Below are positions 60,901-64,000 of a stretch of 64,000 nt of DNA, piece after piece. The stretch comes from Flavobacteriaceae bacterium (GTDB taxonomy: Bacteria; Bacteroidota; Bacteroidia; Flavobacteriales; Flavobacteriaceae). Within the stretch, counting starts at the first letter, position 1, and every line of letters begins with the position of its first letter. The notes below the pieces were generated by a model. It searched no databases. It was not told the DNA's origin and was given only the letters and a program-made list of their open reading frames with translations. The stretch lies in the NCBI GenBank assembly GCA_045561915.1, contig JBJKWV010000001.1, forward strand, positions 1,167-65,166, written 5' to 3'. Made by a program: the position numbers and the translations under genes.

Positions 60901-62411
60901 GAAGTTACTAGGGTCGTACATAAATTATAGTTCCCAGCTGAAATTTTACTCCCTATAGTTGAGTTATTTACAGCAATGTATGTAGTTCCACTGATAGTAG
61001 TTGAATCACCTACTGTTGCATTAGGACATTTACAGATAGATCCATCAAAATAAATTGTTTGAGATATCGTAAAAGTAATACTGTCTGTTCCTGAATAAGT
61101 ATTCACAGCTATATCGGCCCCTGATACTGAAGCTGAGACGATACCACTAGTTGTTGTTGATACTGTCCAGGGATAAATCCAGACACTAGCTGTTGATGAG
61201 GCGGTCATTAATGCATTGCTTACTTCACCGGTTATATTTATAGTTGGGGTTGCTGCCATAGACTCACTAAAAGTGGCAGTAATAGTAACAACATTAGATC
61301 CAGTAACAATATTATTTGAGTCTGTATCGGTTAGTGTTACTGTGGGTGCTGTGTTGTCAATAGTAAAAGTAATGCTATCCGTTCCTGAATAGACGCTACC
61401 TGATGTATTTGTTCCTGAAACTGAGGCTGAGACAATGCCACTAGTTGTTGTTGATACTGTCCAGGGATAAATCCAGACACTAGCTGTTGACGAGGCAGTC
61501 ATTAAAGCATTTGATACTTCTCCGGTTATATTTATTGTTGGTGTTGCTGCCATTGACTCACTAAAAGTAGCTGTGATTGTCACAACATTTGAACCGGACA
61601 CTAAATTATCAGAATCTGTATCTGTTAGTGTTACGGAGGGGCCATTGCTTTTCCATTGATAACTCCCTCTTGCCGTACCCGTTATTGAATTTCCACTTAA
61701 GTCATTAATTGTTGAACCACTTCCTTCATTTAATTTGTAATATAATTTAAGGGTTGAATTTGTATTGAGAGTTGAATTTTTATCATAATTAATTGCACTT
61801 TGAGTTCTTTCAGAGTCCCAAAAACGAATATCGCTCATTTCACCATCAAAAAAATTAGTAGCATTATCAATTCCATTCCAAACACTTGCTCCAATTCCAA
61901 TGGTATTTGTTGTGGACGTAAAACCATAACCTCCTTGAGTCCAATTTTCTGAGTTATCAAGATTTCCATTAATATAAATTCTTATCCTTCCATCGGATTT
62001 TGAGTTTGTAAATGCAACATGATACCATGTATCTGTTGAAATTGTTGTAGATGATCTTACATCAGGCCAATTTCCATGATGGTCTCTTCTAAACCTTCCT
62101 TCAAAATATAACGAGCCATTTATATTTAAAATATACAAACTCCAGTCATTTTTTTTGGCAAAAATATAATCCCTATTTAGCGCAGTGTTGTTTCCAGAAG
62201 AAGAGCCAGCAGGTGGAGCATTCTCAATCTTAATCCATGCTTCGAGAGTAAACTTATCGGAAGAAAATGAAAGATCATTGTTCCCTGATGGTATGGTAAT
62301 AAAAGAATCTGATCCATCAAAATCCAGTGTTGTAGAGTAAGTTGAAGATTGTCCAAACAGGTAGACTGGGGCACATAAAAAAAATAAAAATTTCCACCAC
62401 AAACGATTCAT
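54939..62411 (-). CDS. Giant mosaic cell-surface adhesin, T9SS type-A cargo (2490 aa)
   Basis: The N-terminal half has, in order: signal peptide, LamG/ConA-like domain (..[21 protein letters not shown]..), five 98-aa Ig-like modules, a DUF285/BspA-type LRR block ([11 protein letters not shown].. x4), and a second LamG domain (..[16 protein letters not shown]..). The C-terminal half has a Big_1/invasin-like domain, thrombospondin-type-3 Ca-binding repeats ([25 protein letters not shown].., DVDGDGIGD), and cadherin-like domains (..[14 protein letters not shown].., ..[15 protein letters not shown]..). The C-terminal ..[35 protein letters not shown] is the Por-secretion-tail sorting domain. Confidence 0.88.
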   Translation of the reverse strand: MNRLWWKFLFFLCAPVYLFGQSSTYSTTLDFDGSDSFITIPSGNNDLSFSSDKFTLEAWIKIENAPPAGSSSGNNTALNRDYIFAKKNDWSLYILNINGSLYFEGRFRRDHHGNWPDVRSSTTISTDTWYHVAFTNSKSDGRIRIYINGNLDNSENWTQGGYGFTSTTNTIGIGASVWNGIDNATNFFDGEMSDIRFWDSERTQSAINYDKNSTLNTNSTLKLYYKLNEGSGSTINDLSGNSITGTARGSYQWKSNGPSVTLTDTDSDNLVSGSNVVTITATFSESMAATPTINITGEVSNALMTASSTASVWIYPWTVSTTTSGIVSASVSGTNTSGSVYSGTDSITFTIDNTAPTVTLTDTDSNNIVTGSNVVTITATFSESMAATPTINITGEVSNALMTASSTASVWIYPWTVSTTTSGIVSASVSGADIAVNTYSGTDSITFTISQTIYFDGSICKCPNATVGDSTTISGTTYIAVNNSTIGSKISAGNYNLCTTLVTSMTELFESNSSFNSDISFWDMSNVTNTDRMFQGASSFNQDIGGWNTSNFYDVSGMFKSANSFNQDIGGWDTAKIVNMAGMFNYAESFNQDLTSWCVSRISSEPGAFAGNTSILTDANKPIWGTCGTLTSSDSDNYISLSTTVTITAGYNKTITNTPQISITNVTTNTNMTQITGTNSYKYSWQVGSALADGKYYATLSGTDLYNNTYSGSNSITFTIDTVRPNIISTTVSNNLSTDYISQSGTNTITVVFNEKINDNTFTVSDVTILPSGFSITPYTSTDYKAFSGSITATNTLSFSGIVTLTLNENTVEDLAGNLNTVSTTTFLFDNVSPNLSSFTDTDSDNLVSGSDVVTITATFNEALSTSPTINITREVSNVPMTASSTSNVWIYPWTVSTTTSGIVSATVSANDLANNAYSGIESITFTIDNSAPNVTLTDNDSDNLVIGSNVVNIIATFSEAMASTPTINIGTEVSNVLMTASSTSNIWTYPWTVSTTTSGIVTATVSGSDVSGNNYSGTDSITFTIDNSAPQIISSGLTSDNLFFNITFDENVFTDLISGQGSNSLQTSDFEFSISSSSSYSLLSQNPQSITQSGTSYALEIPAQGFGNGLGTISLNISNNSIYDIVGNSFSSTITKNLNDNLLVYYDFSNVNSYNGNATSSSNKTVSNLNGNSNNGEIKGVSNVYYESFNDAIYFDGNSGGEKGIAISDLNYVTGDSDEINELTILSRIKLSSTTSNHGNDQRILFSFDRSAVFRFSVGSDQNSNAAGKLAFHFANSDKHAQSTGGSHDTYAVSQTLDLRDNKWHDVAVSFKANTSNGLKFYVDNSLVYSHPDSFKPISNQTDSETPRYGWVGNGSESNSAGSSTGPDHLFLGYVQSLKYFNKQLDQSFLNGIDQSGPNVQLSDTDTDNLVSASDVVTITAKFSESLSSSPTISLSGAFTNATMTASSTANIWFYKWIVEESFNGTGFATVSGSDKSGNLYSGTQSITFKDLIPPKISSTSVQDQNEYVDIIFDQPVYGNINASSSITSSSFSIVQTSGSSLTLNILGFRANNSTTFSSDSQLSGGETTIRIFMDLSSLSPVGSEVFSVSATNSSSIFDINGNGMLTSQSSSFTLKLPISGPVNPVKSTISVVPEEMIANGSNIAIVKVQARDSLGLSFFSGGDDIIIFNSSGDLPTIDNLDGTYTVNFKPEEINLAKKDIVFGFKVAGIDGSNSTLLTLHQDKDGDGVYSTNDLCPATKEGFEVDENGCALYQKDTDKDGVFDDLDQCPETPEFEKNNVKGTPRYGEMIPTEVDEKGCGASQRDSDGDGIVDNLDNCIETANQDQLDSDQDGIGDVCDTNNPLPEITTTEINFVQLPPNGTIIGKINATDADGETLTFSQPNSIFSGILSISADGTVTSIYGAALGFNSSFNGELLTFSLSDGTNEIKGSVVVLLEDKPRPPEIIINTFEISEDAEVGTLVGFVEAKDPMGVGIESINFSGDGYLELVNGNQLKTIQLLDYEEIRSHTFNITARASDQPGVPGLSTSISGSLEVIDIPNTTYTGRFFISIFDVDNETLGAKVGPSRYFNPHNKGVGKWKVKKKIKGGADASKFVIKSRNNAQQKTDEVIEDENEDYLAFITPPDYENPGDANKDNIYEVEVEYINTADGQPDVPISVTQRNIRVPEGKSEAIELQSQPVLPTDDNDGDGIVDILDNSPLVSNPDQTDVDGDGIGDATDDFDHDGVWNPFDICPDTPDGELVNIEGCLIYYLPPNNFSISKTEKCAGQNSINLTVVDGTLTYNVKVSGGISVFDTFTGSKWNLDQLSAGVYDICVSVEGVNPLEFERCFQITISEPSPLVVSSFFSKANQSVSFILDGGSSYQMTHNGKTTQTSSNKHTISLEKGINNISISTGIECQGLFQETYLNSYEVKYAPNPFEEELQLYIGGQDNIVEIGVYSSNGQLIDYHNISLPFGVRNYTLNTAKYKTGVYIINIKGETLDQSIQVIKE
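57930..58211 (-). repeat. Fifth, solitary copy of the 98-aa module
   Basis: ..[58 protein letters not shown].. The lower boundary is approximate. Confidence 0.75.
59316..59903 (-). repeat. Second tandem pair of the same 98-aa module (copies 3-4), more diverged
   Basis: ..[48 protein letters not shown].. and ..[49 protein letters not shown]... The copy-4 Val codon is at 59609..59607 and the period is again 294 nt. Confidence 0.85.
61047..61634 (-). repeat. Tandem 2 x 294-nt (98-aa) Ig-like module duplication inside the giant adhesin (copies 1-2)
   Basis: Copy 1 starts at GTA 61634 ([10 protein letters not shown]..) and copy 2 at GTA 61340 ([10 protein letters not shown]..), a period of exactly 294 nt. 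A 61-codon core is amino-acid identical. Confidence 0.9.
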
Positions 62412-62450
62412 AAAAATGAGCTCTTTTCAATAAAAATAGTTGATGCACAA

Positions 62451-62458
62451 CAAAATTA
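62451..62458 (-). promoter_or_regulatory. Candidate -7 promoter box (TAATTTTG on the minus strand) for the giant adhesin gene
   Basis: The plus strand reads CAAAATTA. It lies 40 nt upstream of the ATG at 62411. I found no clear -33 element. Confidence 0.3.
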
Positions 62459-62814
62459 GTGAAATCTATCTTAAGTGATAATTTATAGAAGAAACATACA
62501 AGAGTTAAAAAAAAATACAAACTATAACGAGTATCTTAAATTACTCCTTATTATTTAAAAATAAAGTGAGAATAGCTACAGGAGATTTAATATGTGAGTT
62601 AACAAACAAGGTGATTAGTAGTGTGACTTTAACATTGATAACTAAAGCAACAGGTACATATTATTATCAGTACTCACCTTATTATTGAATGGTTGGAATT
62701 ATTTCTATTTAATAAATATTTTCTTTTCTTATTTTTATTTATTCTAATTATAAACTACTAATTATCAATGACTTATATATAAATTTTATTTATTTTAGTG
62801 AAAAATTATTAGTC

Positions 62815-62946
62815 ATGGAAAAATTAACACTAAGTAACAGTTGTTTAAACTGTTTAAATATTAACGAGGACACCCACGAATGTGGTGTACACCACATTGA
62901 GGTTAGTGAAAAATATACTTGTACTGATTTTAGTGGTGTAGAATAA
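62815..62946 (+). CDS. 43-aa cysteine-rich mini-protein (hypothetical; not in the ORF track)
   Basis: My translation is MEKLTLSNSCLNCLNINEDTHECGVHHIEVSEKYTCTDFSGVE*. It has CxxC plus two further Cys and three His (zinc-ribbon-like spacing). It is followed 23 nt later by a hairpin with a T-run. Coding status is unproven. Confidence 0.35.
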   Translation: MEKLTLSNSCLNCLNINEDTHECGVHHIEVSEKYTCTDFSGVE

Positions 62947-62968
62947 ATTATTTATTATTTCAGATTTT

Positions 62969-63000
62969 TAAAACCTTTAGTTTACTAGAGGTTTTTTTTT
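62969..63000. terminator. Hairpin plus T-run between convergent mini-ORFs (possible bidirectional terminator)
   Basis: AAACCTTTAG-ttta-CTAGAGGTTT followed by T8 on the plus strand, preceded by A-rich sequence. The 3' arm overlaps the stop codon of the minus-strand ORF 62985..63170. Confidence 0.5.
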
Positions 63001-63170
63001 ATTTTGTAATTCTTAAACCGAAAATACACGGCGATTAGACATAGTATTGATCCACCTGGTAGAAAGAAAAGGGCAATTAATAAAACAGAAAATTTACCCT
63101 TACTCGTATTTTTAACTTTTTCAGGAATATCGGACAAATTTTTCCTAAACTGTCTGAGTGATGATTTCAA
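62985..63170 (-). CDS. 61-aa hypothetical membrane mini-protein (TTG start)
   Basis: It has a basic N-terminus, one TM helix (FSVLLIALFFLPGGSILCLIAVYF) and a basic tail. The start codon in the track is TTG. No family recognised. Confidence 0.35.
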   Translation of the reverse strand: MKSSLRQFRKNLSDIPEKVKNTSKGKFSVLLIALFFLPGGSILCLIAVYFRFKNYKIKKNL

Positions 63171-63174
63171 AATT

Positions 63175-63303
63175 TTAAAGTCGCCCTAGAATATAACCTA
63201 CCAAAAAAGAAATCAAAACTAAAACTCTCATTTCAACTCCTAAACTTTTTGCTATTGAATCAACAGCATCAAGTATTATCTTTTTTATTTTTTCTAAATC
63301 CAT
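63175..63303 (-). CDS. 42-aa hypothetical membrane mini-protein (not in the ORF track)
   Basis: My translation is MDLEKIKKIILDAVDSIAKSLGVEMRVLVLISFLVGYILGRL*. It has an amphipathic N-terminus and one TM helix. Its stop is 5 nt upstream of the next mini-ORF, in another frame. Confidence 0.3.
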   Translation of the reverse strand: MDLEKIKKIILDAVDSIAKSLGVEMRVLVLISFLVGYILGRL

Positions 63304-63370
63304 GATTTATAGATAAATATATCAATTTTTGATATTTAATTAATATAATTTTTCATATCTTATTGGGGTG

Positions 63371-64000
63371 ATGAAAAAAATCTTATTTGGCATATTATCA
63401 ATAGTAATACTTATTACTTGTACCAAAGATGCCTTTGAACAAGAAACAGAAGCCCCAACTGTTTTCTTTAGTGTTCAGGCTTCCTCTTCAACCGGAGGTT
63501 CTATTGATAATATTGGTGGTTCATTTGAATCTGGATCAACAATAACTATTACTGCAACACCTGAAGCGGAATATGTTTTCACTGGATGGACTGGCACATC
63601 CTCTTCTGAAAATCCTCTAACAATTACGATTAATTCCAACCTTACCATAACTGCTAATTTTGAAAAGCGTAAATATCCTTTAACAATAAATAAAGTAGGA
63701 GAGGGTACGGTAAAAGAAGAAATCGTTAATACAGGTAAGTCTACAGATTATGAAAGTGGGACCGTTGTGAAACTTACTGCTGTTCCTAGTGACGGATATG
63801 CTTTAATGAGATGGAATAATAATGGTGTTTTAGATACTCTGAATCCAATTCAAATTACTATAGACAGTAATAAAAATGTAGATGTAAATTTTGATTATCA
63901 AACTGCAAGAGACTTAGTTGGAACTTGGGAGTTTGATTTAAAGGATAGTGAATCTGCTAAGTCGCAAGGTAAAATCTTAATGAAGATATCTATTGAACTA
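63371..64000 (+). CDS. Lipoprotein with divergent InlB-B-repeat-like (bacterial repeat) domains, 3' end outside the window
   Basis: Not in the track because it has no stop in the window. ATG at 63371 gives MKKILFGILSIVILITCTKD.. (lipobox). Two ~75-aa repeats follow (..GGSIDNIGGSFESGSTITITATPEAEYVFTGWTG..LTITANF / ..EGTVKEEI..YESGTVVKLTAVPSDGYALMRWNN..VDVNF). The frame is open through base 64000. Confidence 0.75.
   Translation, partial: MKKILFGILSIVILITCTKDAFEQETEAPTVFFSVQASSSTGGSIDNIGGSFESGSTITITATPEAEYVFTGWTGTSSSENPLTITINSNLTITANFEKRKYPLTINKVGEGTVKEEIVNTGKSTDYESGTVVKLTAVPSDGYALMRWNNNGVLDTLNPIQITIDSNKNVDVNFDYQTARDLVGTWEFDLKDSESAKSQGKILMKISIEL

Noticed and set aside
57930-61634. Diversity-generating retroelement or cassette-switching explanation for the variable loop in the 98-aa modules
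   Set aside because: The window contains no reverse transcriptase, template repeat, recombinase or silent cassette. The differences are not adenine-biased in any way I could see. The loop is kept only as an observation of a hypervariable patch.
62571-62700. Possible structured RNA upstream of the giant adhesin (AAGGTGA..TCACCTT enclosing shorter TTAGT/ACTAA and TGATAA/TTATCA pairings)
   Set aside because: The pairings are short and AT-rich, and I cannot evaluate covariation or folding energy by eye. It resembles no riboswitch or sRNA class I know. It remains part of the mini-ORF/intergenic finding only.
1-64000. Mobile elements, prophage, CRISPR arrays, tRNA/rRNA genes, defence islands
   Set aside because: I scanned all intergenic gaps over 60 nt and all ORF translations. 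I found no transposase, integrase or recombinase, no spaced direct-repeat array, no GC-rich cloverleaf-like segments, and no nuclease/ATPase/methylase clusters. The only long repeats are the intragenic adhesin modules.

Overview
This window looks like a low-GC, tightly packed chromosomal segment from a Flavobacteriia-like member of the Bacteroidota. The evidence is T9SS sorting domains, PorP/SprF, TAnnTTTG-type promoter boxes, DUF4199/DUF1080-type genes and the absence of Shine-Dalgarno-like leaders. About 85% is ordinary housekeeping: purL, purB, carB, priA, hisS, rpsF-rpsR-rplI, rpmE, rpmH, mtaB, rlmH, rdgB, an rsmB-like gene, a DEAD-box helicase, and a fatty-acid activation/oxidation module with a MarR regulator. 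The accessory content sits at the two ends. (i) The 3' part of a very large SprB-like adhesin has a T9SS type-B C-terminal domain and is translationally coupled to a PorP/SprF gene (1..7157). (ii) A 2490-aa mosaic T9SS type-A adhesin (54939..62411) heads a three-gene string, followed by an AT-rich stretch with unannotated mini-ORFs and a truncated lipoprotein gene. Features missing from or misrepresented by the ORF track: rpmH (31153..31311), a cobalamin riboswitch ahead of a BtuB-like receptor (about 34755..34930), an ORF open to base 1 at the left edge, an ORF open to base 64000 at the right edge, and several over-extended starts. The clearest anomaly is an MsbA-like ABC exporter gene split by a 1-nt frameshift inside a T9 run. 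I saw no rRNA, tRNA, CRISPR array, transposase, integrase, phage genes or recognisable defence genes. I could not support a convincing novel multi-gene system. The most unusual signals are listed as findings: the evolutionary pattern of the adhesin repeats, the T9 frameshift, the shared-stop convergent gene junctions, and the mini-ORF cluster.
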